Assembly: GCA_021740785.1 (NCBI GenBank)
Contig: JAIOZI010000021.1
Location: forward strand, 824-64,823
Source: Melioribacteraceae bacterium
GTDB taxonomy: Bacteria > Bacteroidota > Ignavibacteria > Ignavibacteriales > Melioribacteraceae
Length of the DNA stretch: 64,000 nucleotides
Reading direction: 5' to 3'
Part shown: piece after piece, positions 17,309 through 26,226 of the stretch
How the letters are laid out: every line of letters begins with the position of its first letter
Numbering within the stretch: the first letter of the stretch is position 1
Made by a program: the position numbers and the translations under genes
The notes under the pieces: model-generated
The model's database searches: none
The model's input: only the letters and a program-made list of their open reading frames with translations
What the model was told of the DNA's origin: nothing

Positions 17309-18487
17309 ATGAGAACAATCGTTGCCCTGCCCGGCGATGGGATCGGGAAAACTGTATTACCGGAATCAATTAGATTACTGGATGCTGTAGGTTTTGAAGC
17401 AAATTATGTACACGGAGATATTGGCTGGGAATTTTGGCAGAAGGAAGGGAATGCACTTCCTCAAAGGACAATCGACTTACTGGAAGAACATAAAATCGGA
17501 CTATTCGGAGCCATTACAAGCAAACCGAAAGACGACGCTGTGAATGAATTAGCGCCTGAACTTAAAGATAAAGGTTATGTTTATTTTAGTCCTATCGTTG
17601 GATTGCGCCAGCATTTTAATTTGGATATCTGCATCAGACCTTGTAAAGCGTTTAAAGGCAATCCCCTTAATTTTATCAGAAAAGACAGCACAGGCGGATT
17701 TGTTGAACCGCCGGTTGATACTGTTATCTTCAGGCAGAATACAGAGGGAATGTACGGCGGAATAGAATGGACAAACCCGCCGCAAATAGTTCGCGAAGCT
17801 TTTGAAACTCATCCTAAAATGAAAAAATTCGCACATGTAAAGAGTGAGGATCTGGCTATTTCTACAAGAATAGTTTCCCGGCAGGCTACCGAAAGGATAT
17901 TCAGGGCAGCTTTTGAATATGCAACAAAATTCGGGTATAAGAACGTTACTGTATGCGAAAAACCAAACGTACTTAGAGAAACTTCCGGGATGTACATAAA
18001 GATTGCAAGACAAATACATAAAGAATATCCCGGAATTCAATTGTGGGATACTAACATCGATGCACAAATGATGTGGCTTACTAAGAATCCCGAAGATTAC
18101 GGAGTAATTGTTGCTGAAAATATGTTCGGTGATATCATCAGCGATGGTTTTGCTGGTTTAGTCGGCGGATTGGGATTTGCATGCAGTGCCAACATAGGCG
18201 ATGAAGTTGCGGTTTTCGAACCAACTCATGGATCAGCACCGAAATATGAAAAACTGAATCCCTCAATCGTTAATCCTATTGCAATGTTTCTAAGCGCTTG
18301 CATGATGCTCGAACATCTCGGAGAAGCAGAGAAAGCCGAACAAATTAGGAAAGCAATTGCCGAAGTTATTGAAGAAGGTAAGGTGCAGACTTATGATATG
18401 AAAAAACTTAGAGGCGGAGCGGATGTGTTTGAGAATGGAGCCTGTACTACCCAAGAAATGACCGATGCAGTAATTTCTAAACTATAA
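17309..18487 (+). CDS. beta-decarboxylating dehydrogenase of the isocitrate / homoisocitrate / isopropylmalate dehydrogenase family
   Basis: LPGDGIG, RQNTEGMYGG, NMFGDIISD, FEPTHGSAP family blocks. ATG at 17309 follows GAGGTG; the ORF track starts at GTG 17300. Substrate not assignable by eye. Confidence 0.75.
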   Translation: MRTIVALPGDGIGKTVLPESIRLLDAVGFEANYVHGDIGWEFWQKEGNALPQRTIDLLEEHKIGLFGAITSKPKDDAVNELAPELKDKGYVYFSPIVGLRQHFNLDICIRPCKAFKGNPLNFIRKDSTGGFVEPPVDTVIFRQNTEGMYGGIEWTNPPQIVREAFETHPKMKKFAHVKSEDLAISTRIVSRQATERIFRAAFEYATKFGYKNVTVCEKPNVLRETSGMYIKIARQIHKEYPGIQLWDTNIDAQMMWLTKNPEDYGVIVAENMFGDIISDGFAGLVGGLGFACSANIGDEVAVFEPTHGSAPKYEKLNPSIVNPIAMFLSACMMLEHLGEAEKAEQIRKAIAEVIEEGKVQTYDMKKLRGGADVFENGACTTQEMTDAVISKL

Positions 18488-18491
18488 ACTA

Positions 18492-18607
18492 ATGTTACGC
18501 ATAACTGTCATTCTGAACGAAGTGAAGAATCTCAAAGTTTATAATTTGCACAATTTTGAGAAATTTCGCTCCACTCAATATGACAAAATGAATAATTTGC
18601 GTAACAT
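18492..18607. repeat. ~115-nt nested imperfect inverted repeat in the dehydrogenase-cstA spacer
   Basis: Outer arms atgttacgc (18492..18500) and gcgtaacat (18599..18607) are exact. Inner ~30-nt arms are gtcattctgaacgaagtgaagaatctcaaa (18507..18536) and tttgagaaatttcgctccactcaatatgac (18555..18584), about two-thirds complementary. Confidence 0.7.
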
Positions 18608-18631
18608 GCGTTATCAAGTAATGAGGAAATC

Positions 18632-20266
18632 ATGACCGCAATAATACTGATACTTGCGGCTGTCGTTATTTATTTTATTAGTTACAATACTTACGGGAAA
18701 TTTATATCCGGTAAAATTTCAATTGATGATAATCATGAAACTCCGTCGCATACTCAATACGACGGAGTTGATTACATTCCTGCCAAATCACCTATCTTAC
18801 TCGGACATCATTTTGCATCAATTGCCGGAGCCGGACCAATAGTAGGACCCGTAATTGCCGTTGCTTTCGGATGGATCCCTGTGTATGTCTGGATTTTAAT
18901 CGGTGCAGTCTTTATTGGCGGCGTCCATGATTACACAACAATCATTGCATCAGTCAGACATAAAAGTAAATCAATCGGACAAATAATTGAAGCATACATC
19001 GGTATTTCCGGTAAACGCATGTTTCTATTTTTTGCATGGGCAACATTAATATTAATTATTGCCGTGTTTGCAATTATTGTCGGTGATACTTTTACGAGCA
19101 TACCTGCCGTTGGAACATCGGCAATCCTGTTTATCCTTCTCGCCATTGTGTTTGGTTTAACAATCTACCGGTTTAATATTCCTTTGTGGATTGCCACAAT
19201 AATTGGTGTCACTCTTTTATTTTTATCGGCTTATGCTGGACAAGTTTTCCCGATTTATCTCAGTAAAGAATTGTGGATGATAATCATATTCGCTTACATT
19301 TTCGTTGCATCAATCACGCCGGTTTGGATTCTGCTTCAGCCTCGAGATTATCTTAATTCATTTTTTCTGTATGCTATTCTCATTTTGGGTGTGTTGGGAA
19401 TAATCTTCGCAGCTCCGGCATTAAATGTTCCGACATTTACACAATTCCATCTCGATAAACTGGGATTCCTCTTCCCAGCCCTATTTGTTACCGTTGCATG
19501 CGGAGCAATCAGCGGATTCCACTCAATAGTTGCAAGCGGTACAACAGCAAAACAATTGGATAAAGAAAGCGATGCCCGGCTGATAGGTTACGGGGGAATG
19601 TTAATTGAAGGCGTGCTGGCGGTACTCGCAATGATCGCAGTTGCATCTCTTGATCATGATGTATTTCTTAATACATTGCAAAATAACGGACCGGTTGCCG
19701 CATTTTCATTGGGCGTTGGTAATTTCATATCGGCAGTACCGGTTTTAAATTTATCATTTGAAGCTGCACAGGCTTTTGCTGCGCTTGCAGTTGCAGCCTT
19801 TGCATTAACTACTTTGGATACCGCAACCAGGCTGGCTCGATATTCGTTCCAAGAATTTTTCGAAGTTTCGACAAAAGAAGAAAATCCCAAATGGAATAAC
19901 CGATTCACTGCAACTGCTGTTTCGGTATTTGTCGGCATTGCTCTTACATTCAGCGGACAAACAATGGCAATCTGGCCTATCTTCGGAAGTGCAAATCAAA
20001 TGTTGGCTGCTTTAGCATTACTGGCAATTACCGTTTGGCTGTCACATCTTAAGAAAAGCTATACATTCACAATTATTCCGATGTATTTCATGTTCGCAGT
20101 AACATTAGCGGCGTTGTTGATGCTTTTTTATAATAACTTGGTACATAATAATAATATTGTTCTTGCGCTGATCTCTTTGTTTTTATTTTTATTGGCAATT
20201 GTTTTAGGCGTGAAAGCATATAAAGCAATAAGACTTGAAGAATCCTTAATCAAACCGATTACCTGA
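18632..20266 (+). CDS. cstA: carbon starvation protein A family transporter (peptide/pyruvate uptake)
   Basis: 544 aa, polytopic. N-terminal YGKFIS..., LGHHFASIAGAGPIVGPV, GGVHDY: CstA signature region. Confidence 0.85.
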   Translation: MTAIILILAAVVIYFISYNTYGKFISGKISIDDNHETPSHTQYDGVDYIPAKSPILLGHHFASIAGAGPIVGPVIAVAFGWIPVYVWILIGAVFIGGVHDYTTIIASVRHKSKSIGQIIEAYIGISGKRMFLFFAWATLILIIAVFAIIVGDTFTSIPAVGTSAILFILLAIVFGLTIYRFNIPLWIATIIGVTLLFLSAYAGQVFPIYLSKELWMIIIFAYIFVASITPVWILLQPRDYLNSFFLYAILILGVLGIIFAAPALNVPTFTQFHLDKLGFLFPALFVTVACGAISGFHSIVASGTTAKQLDKESDARLIGYGGMLIEGVLAVLAMIAVASLDHDVFLNTLQNNGPVAAFSLGVGNFISAVPVLNLSFEAAQAFAALAVAAFALTTLDTATRLARYSFQEFFEVSTKEENPKWNNRFTATAVSVFVGIALTFSGQTMAIWPIFGSANQMLAALALLAITVWLSHLKKSYTFTIIPMYFMFAVTLAALLMLFYNNLVHNNNIVLALISLFLFLLAIVLGVKAYKAIRLEESLIKPIT

Positions 20267-20280
20267 ATAATGGAGAATAT

Positions 20281-20832
20281 ATGAAAGAAGAATTAAAAAA
20301 TATCTGGCCGGAAATAGAATGGATAAAAGATAATGAACTAAAAGAAAAAGTTTATAAATGCTGGGAATACGCAATTGATAATAGTGTTCTCACAATTGAA
20401 GATTTGGAAATAATTCCCTTTTCCCTTTTGATTGATAACTGCAGCATCTCTTTTATGAATCACAAACGAACCGCTGTACAGCTCTCGGTTGAGATTGCCA
20501 AAATTATGCAGAATAATTTTAATGATGATGTTAATATCGATATGGATTTTCTAATAGCCGGCGCAATTTTAATTGATGTAGGCAAACTGCTTGAATATGA
20601 AAAAGTTGACGGCAAATTGACAACCAGCAAGGAAGGGAAATTATTACGTCATCCTTTCAGCGGAGTTTCGATTGCCGATAGATTCGATCTTCCTGTTGAA
20701 GTGCAGCATATAATTGCATATCATTCAAAGGAGGGGGATTTAGGAAAGCGTACAATTGAATCGATAATTGTTCATCACGCTGATTTTGTAAGCTTCGAAC
20801 CCTTCAAGGATTCAGCATGTTTAAAATTATAG
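20281..20832 (+). CDS. HD-superfamily-like protein with degenerate HD motif
   Basis: NHKRTAVQL...AGAILIDVGK...AYHSKEG...VHHADF resembles the HD/HDIG layout, but the canonical LHDiGK reads LIDVGK (His lost). Confidence 0.4.
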   Translation: MKEELKNIWPEIEWIKDNELKEKVYKCWEYAIDNSVLTIEDLEIIPFSLLIDNCSISFMNHKRTAVQLSVEIAKIMQNNFNDDVNIDMDFLIAGAILIDVGKLLEYEKVDGKLTTSKEGKLLRHPFSGVSIADRFDLPVEVQHIIAYHSKEGDLGKRTIESIIVHHADFVSFEPFKDSACLKL

Positions 20833-20862
20833 TTTATTAAAGAAAAGTTTATTGAGGAACAG

Positions 20863-22836
20863 ATGCCACAAAATATGATAGAAAAAATAGTACAGAAATT
20901 TGCAGTTGGACTGGATGAGGGACAAATCGTTAAATCCGGTGATTACGTATCAATAAAACCCGCTTACGTTATGACTCACGACAACACAGGCGCAGTTATT
21001 CCTAAATTTAAAAGTATCGGTGCAGAAAAATTTGCCGATCCGCGTCAAGTTGTTCACACTCTCGATCATAACATCCAGGATAAGAGTGAAAAGAATCTGC
21101 AAAAATATCAGAAGATAGAAGAGTTTTCCAAATCAATGGGTGCGGATTTTTATCCCGCCGGTCGCGGAATTGGTCACCAAATTATGTGTGAAGAAGGTTA
21201 CGCCTTCCCGGGAACTATGGTTGTGGCTTCGGACAGTCATTCCAACATGTACGGCGGATTGGGCTGTTTGGGAACTCCGATAGTTAGAACCGATGCGGCT
21301 GCTATTTGGGCTACCGGAAGAACATGGTGGCAGATTCCGCCGGTCGCAAAAGTAGAATTAAAAGGTAAGCTTAACCCGGGAGTAGTCGGGAAAGATGTGA
21401 TAATTGCACTTTGCGGATTTTTTAATAATGACGAAGTTCTCAATCATGTTATTGAATTCACCGGCAGCGGTGTAGAGTACTTATCGATTGATCAAAGATT
21501 ATCAATTGCAAATATGACAACCGAATGGGGCGCGCTTGCTGGTGTTTTCCCAATTGATAATAAAACAATCGATTGGCTTGAGAATCGTACTGAATTTATA
21601 TCGGAGCGAGGACTCGCAGGAGTTAATTCTGATTCAGACTCCAACGGAATTCATCCCAGAATTAATAAATCTAAAATTGAACAGCTCAAAAGTACGATGG
21701 ACGAGATCAAACCGGATGAGAATTCATATTATGCAAAAACACTAACCATTGAATTGACAACAATAGAACCGCATATATCCGGACCGAATTCAGTAAAAGT
21801 GATGAACCCGGTTTCCAAATTAAAATCTGAAAGGATTAAAGTTGACAAAGCATACCTGGTTTCGTGTGTAAATTCCAGGTTGGAAGATATAGCCGAAGCG
21901 GCAAATGTAGTTAAGGAAAAGAAAATTGCCGATCATGTTAAATTTTATATTGCGGCAGCTTCGAGTGAAGTTCAGGCTGAAAGTGAAAAGTTGGGATACT
22001 GGCAATTATTAATTGATGCCGGTGCAATTGAGCTTCCTCCCGGATGCGGACCATGTATCGGACTTGGAACCGGTTTGCTCGAAGATGGTGAAGTCGGGAT
22101 TTCAGCAACAAACAGAAATTTTAAGGGAAGAATGGGATCGCGTGATGCCGCCGCATATTTGGCTTCTCCGGCAGTTGTAGCGGCTTCTGCTATATCAGGA
22201 TTTATTGATTATTATGGTGATATTTCTCCAACAAATATTAATGCCGGGATGATTGAAAATGAAAGTCAGGATGAAGGAGCTTCATCGGTAAAAATCCTTG
22301 ATGGTTTCCCGGGGAAACTTGAAGGCAGGCTGTTGTTTTGTCATCAGAATAATTTAAACACGGATGGGATTTATCCTGGTAAATATACATACGTAGATGA
22401 CTTCACACCGCGACAGCAGGCTGATGTGGTGATGGAAAACTATGATCCCGAATTTAAGAAAATTGTTCTAGAGGGAGATATTTTAGCAGGCGGATTCAAT
22501 TTCGGCAGCGGCAGTTCAAGAGAACAAGCTGCCACCGCATTGAAATACCGGGGGATTCAATGTGTTATCGCAGGTTCGTTCAGTGCTACATATATGCGGA
22601 ATGCTATAAACAACGGCTTTCTTGTAATCGAATGCCCGAAACTTGCTAAAGATTTGTTAACCGAATTTGGATCGGATAAACTAACAATAAACACCGGTCT
22701 GCCTGTTACAATTGATTTTCAAAAATCGGTTGTGTCGTTCAATAACAAAGATTACAAAATTCCGCCTGTAGGTGAGGCTGCTCAGGAATTAATAATCGAC
22801 GGCGGATTGGAAAATTGGGTAAAGAATAATTTGTAA
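20863..22836 (+). CDS. single-chain aconitase-family hydro-lyase, homoaconitase (fungal LYS4)-like
   Basis: 657 aa with catalytic and swivel domains fused. VMTHDNT, HTLDHNIQDKSEKNLQKY, VASDSHSNMYGG, Fe-S cysteine contexts SCVNSR and GCGPCIG, swivel GSGSSREQAA. Length and N-terminal blocks resemble LYS4 from memory rather than AcnA/AcnB. Confidence 0.65.
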   Translation: MPQNMIEKIVQKFAVGLDEGQIVKSGDYVSIKPAYVMTHDNTGAVIPKFKSIGAEKFADPRQVVHTLDHNIQDKSEKNLQKYQKIEEFSKSMGADFYPAGRGIGHQIMCEEGYAFPGTMVVASDSHSNMYGGLGCLGTPIVRTDAAAIWATGRTWWQIPPVAKVELKGKLNPGVVGKDVIIALCGFFNNDEVLNHVIEFTGSGVEYLSIDQRLSIANMTTEWGALAGVFPIDNKTIDWLENRTEFISERGLAGVNSDSDSNGIHPRINKSKIEQLKSTMDEIKPDENSYYAKTLTIELTTIEPHISGPNSVKVMNPVSKLKSERIKVDKAYLVSCVNSRLEDIAEAANVVKEKKIADHVKFYIAAASSEVQAESEKLGYWQLLIDAGAIELPPGCGPCIGLGTGLLEDGEVGISATNRNFKGRMGSRDAAAYLASPAVVAASAISGFIDYYGDISPTNINAGMIENESQDEGASSVKILDGFPGKLEGRLLFCHQNNLNTDGIYPGKYTYVDDFTPRQQADVVMENYDPEFKKIVLEGDILAGGFNFGSGSSREQAATALKYRGIQCVIAGSFSATYMRNAINNGFLVIECPKLAKDLLTEFGSDKLTINTGLPVTIDFQKSVVSFNNKDYKIPPVGEAAQELIIDGGLENWVKNNL

Positions 22837-22959
22837 TATAATTACCGATTTAGATTGACAGTTTCCGAAATTTTGATTTATTGTAGGTAACTGAATTTTG
22901 TTGTTTATTTCGCTCACTCTGGTAAATAATAAAATAAATAAATTAAATGGAGGTGAGCT

Positions 22960-23427
22960 ATGCAATTCGTACATGAATTTCAAAATCCGCGTAACCTTTA
23001 TGAAAAATTGATTCGTGATTATGAACAGTTAGATATGGTAATCAGCGGAGATAATATTTTTAATTTTGTTACTTCAGCCTACTTAATTCTTGAATGGGTT
23101 AAAAAATGCGACGTTTCCGAAGGAATGAAAAGATTTCTGAAGAGAGCTTCGTCTGATAAGAATGTAAAAATCTGTAAGGATATTCTTTTCTGCAAAAAGA
23201 AATTTACCGTATTTATTGAAGACCCGAATTTAGAAGACGGGTCTGAATTCAAACACAAAAGACGCGTATCCGAATACGATATACATGCGTATAAAAACGG
23301 GACTAAAAAATTTCTTCTACGGATAGATGATGAAGAATATGATCCGTTTCAATTCAAAGAAGACATTATAGAATTGTATGATGTCTATTTCAAATTAAAA
23401 GGCTATTCCCGTTCCGAAATGTTATAA
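22960..23427 (+). CDS. hypothetical protein (orphan, 155 aa, Lys/Glu-rich)
   Basis: ATG preceded by GGAGGTGAG. No recognisable motif. Flanked by 123 nt and 458 nt of non-coding DNA. Confidence 0.5.
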   Translation: MQFVHEFQNPRNLYEKLIRDYEQLDMVISGDNIFNFVTSAYLILEWVKKCDVSEGMKRFLKRASSDKNVKICKDILFCKKKFTVFIEDPNLEDGSEFKHKRRVSEYDIHAYKNGTKKFLLRIDDEEYDPFQFKEDIIELYDVYFKLKGYSRSEML

Positions 23428-23885
23428 ATAGAATGGTTTCTATTTCGGATCGATACTGTTTTAAATCATGGCTGTAATTTCTGTAAATGAAATGAAAATT
23501 ATACTGCCGGTAATGATGATCAGCGGATATTTGTGTTCATTGCCGGTATTTTTTTTGATCACGAATGCTCTCACAAAAATCATTTGAACCACAATAAAAA
23601 ATTTACAGCACTACATAAATCGCCTGAATTTGTATCGATCGAATTAACCCGGATTATTCAATAAGAATAATAGCACGGCGCAGTTTATAATCCTATTATT
23701 TCTGTATCGTGTTATAAAGCATAATTCCGGATTAAACAATAATACAAGAATCTGACAATTTTAGTGACTCGGATATCATAATTTTTCTCAAGAATTATTG
23801 TTTTATTCATCGCTTTATTCTGCTTATTTTACCGGGATTATTTAAGTTAGAATATCAAATTATTCTAAAATAGCGGGGACATTTT

Positions 23886-25319
23886 ATGGGAAAATCAATA
23901 TCTAGAATCATTTCCGAATTTGCGGTTAACCTCAAATATGAAGACCTTCCACAAAATGTAATTCACGAAGTAAAGAGATTTCTCTACGACTCTATCGGAT
24001 GTGCATTCGGCGGATTTCACACGAAAGATGTAAATATTATGCGTGATATTTATAAGGAAATTGGCGGTAAGGAAGAAGCAATTGTTATAGGATTCGGTGA
24101 TAAAATTCCGGCTGTTAACGCTGCACTTGTAAATTCATTAGCTGTAAGATCGCTTGATTTTAATGATATTTATTGGAAAGAAGATCCGTCTCATCCGTCT
24201 GATTTAATTCCCGCTGCATTAGCTGCCGGTGAAATGGTAAACGCATCAATGAAGGAAGTAATTACAGCAATAGTTTTAGCATATGAGTTTGAGCAGAGAC
24301 TTTGTTTATTTGCAGCACCCGGAATAAGGGAGCGTAAATGGCATCATGCAACTTTAACTCAATTTGTTTCACCGGTAGTAGCGAGCAAAGTGATGGGTTT
24401 AAGTGTTGAACAAATGATTAATGCTATTGGAATCAGCGGTTCGCATAACCATACAATCGGATGCCCAACCGCAGGCAAATTAACAATGATGAAAAATACC
24501 GTTGACCCAATGGCTGTGCAATCCGGTGTATTTGCTGCATTGATGGCGAAGAAAGGTTACAGTGGCACCGAGAAAGTTTTTGAAGGTAAAGAAGGATTTA
24601 TGGATTGTTTTATGGGATGGGATTCAAAAAATGAAACTGTAAAACCTGTCAATATGGAAGGAAGGGAAGGACAAAGTAAATGGGGTTGGAATGTTGAAGC
24701 GCTTACCAGTGGACTTGGTGAAAACTATAAAATTCTTGAATGCAGTATGAAAGCTTTTCCAACTGAGGCGCTGACGCATACACATATCAGCGCAACATTA
24801 AAGACGGTAATAAATAATAATATTTCTTATGACCAAATTGATGAAGTAACGGTAACTACAATTGCTCGTGCTTGCGATATACTTTTCGATCCGCATAAAT
24901 ACAGACCGGAATCTCGTGAAACTGCAGATCACTCCCTACCCTATTGTATTGCCGCTGCATTGGTCGATCATAAAATTTCAACACAGTCATTTAGTGACGA
25001 AAAAATGCAAGACCCGAAAATTTGGGAAGTGATTGATAAAATTAAAGGGGAAGCCTCTGAAGAATTTGAAAAAATGTTCCCGGTAAAACAACCTTCGAAG
25101 GTAGTCGTGAAAACAAAAGACGGAAATGTGTATTCGGAATATTTAGAATATCCTAAAGGTGACCTGCGTGAACCGATGACGCAGGATGATCTTGATAATA
25201 AATTTGAAGGATTATCTTCTGAATTGGTGAGCAAAGAAAAGCAAAAAGAAATAAAAGAAATGATCTTCAACGCCGAAAAATATTCTGCAAAAGAATTTAT
25301 GAATAACTTGGTTTTTTAA
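23886..25319 (+). CDS. MmgE/PrpD-family dehydratase (2-methylcitrate dehydratase-like)
   Basis: 477 aa. The N-terminal FAVNLKYEDLP..V....K..LYDSIGCAFGG layout and overall length are typical of PrpD/MmgE. Confidence 0.75.
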   Translation: MGKSISRIISEFAVNLKYEDLPQNVIHEVKRFLYDSIGCAFGGFHTKDVNIMRDIYKEIGGKEEAIVIGFGDKIPAVNAALVNSLAVRSLDFNDIYWKEDPSHPSDLIPAALAAGEMVNASMKEVITAIVLAYEFEQRLCLFAAPGIRERKWHHATLTQFVSPVVASKVMGLSVEQMINAIGISGSHNHTIGCPTAGKLTMMKNTVDPMAVQSGVFAALMAKKGYSGTEKVFEGKEGFMDCFMGWDSKNETVKPVNMEGREGQSKWGWNVEALTSGLGENYKILECSMKAFPTEALTHTHISATLKTVINNNISYDQIDEVTVTTIARACDILFDPHKYRPESRETADHSLPYCIAAALVDHKISTQSFSDEKMQDPKIWEVIDKIKGEASEEFEKMFPVKQPSKVVVKTKDGNVYSEYLEYPKGDLREPMTQDDLDNKFEGLSSELVSKEKQKEIKEMIFNAEKYSAKEFMNNLVF

Positions 25320-25655
25320 AGAGAAATGAATGTAAGGTAAGATGAGAGCGTATGAAAAAACAATTTACTGAATTTGATTTGACTTGCTTTATAATCGGAA
25401 AACATTTTTTATTATCTTAATGCGATAAAATAATATGAGCATATAATGACGGAAATATTATTTCAATCTCAGGTTTATTATATCCAATCGGCAATAAATA
25501 AATGGGACAAACAACATTCAGACAATCAAGAAATCAAACAATCTTTTTGTTTACCCCTTTCGCATAGTTGCGATTGCGGCGAAATATAAAATTGATATTG
25601 CAAATAATTGTCCGTAAATTATGTCAGTATTCTGTCATTATAACTAGGTGAATCT

Positions 25656-25922
25656 ATGCAGACGATTCAATACACGGATGCAAGGAATAAATTAAATAAA
25701 CTTATTAATTCTCTAGACGAAAACAGTGAACCGATAATAATTGTGGGATCAAAAGGGAGAAAGGATGCCGTGATTATGTCCAAAGAGGATTATGATAATC
25801 TCGTTGAGAATTTATACATCTTATCAAATCCGAAATGGATTAAAAGTGTTGAAAAAGGATTGAAGGAAATAAAATCCGGGAAAGGTAAAAAACTAAATCC
25901 GAAAGAAGTTCTGGGGATTTAG
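25656..25922 (+). CDS. yefM: type II antitoxin, Phd/YefM family
   Basis: 88 aa. MQTIQYTDARNKLNKLINSLDENSEPIIIV...DAVIMSKEDYDNLVENLYI is the classic YefM N-terminal fold. Immediately followed by the toxin gene. Confidence 0.85.
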   Translation: MQTIQYTDARNKLNKLINSLDENSEPIIIVGSKGRKDAVIMSKEDYDNLVENLYILSNPKWIKSVEKGLKEIKSGKGKKLNPKEVLGI

Positions 25923-26204
25923 TTGCCGAAAAAACGAGACATAATTTGGTCTCCAGAATCCCTACGGCAAATCAAAAAAATAAAATCAAATATCCCGGAT
26001 GCCGAAAAGTATTTACAAAAAATTGCAGCATTATTAGAGAGTGTTCAAAAATCACCATTTAAGGGAATTGGGAAACCGGAACCATTGAAGCACAAATTCG
26101 AAGGCTGCTGGTCAAGACGGATTAACATCAGGGATAGATTGATTTATTCAGTTGATAAAAACAGTATAAATATTATTTCAATATTAGGGCATTACGATTC
26201 ATGA
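25923..26204 (+). CDS. yoeB: type II toxin, Txe/YoeB family mRNA interferase
   Basis: 93 aa, TTG start abutting the yefM stop. GKPEPLKHKFEGCWSRRINIRDRLIYSVDKNSINIISILGHY is the YoeB signature. Confidence 0.85.
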   Translation: MPKKRDIIWSPESLRQIKKIKSNIPDAEKYLQKIAALLESVQKSPFKGIGKPEPLKHKFEGCWSRRINIRDRLIYSVDKNSINIISILGHYDS

Positions 26205-26226
26205 ATAATTTTAAAAACGGTTTGAA

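Noticed and set aside
23468-23587. 39-aa hydrophobic ORF (MAVISVNEMKIILPVMMISGYLCSLPVFFLITNALTKII). A second small ORF of 47 aa lies at 25446..25589.
   Set aside because: Both are too short, lack an SD and lack conserved motifs. They are mentioned only because they sit in unusually long spacers.
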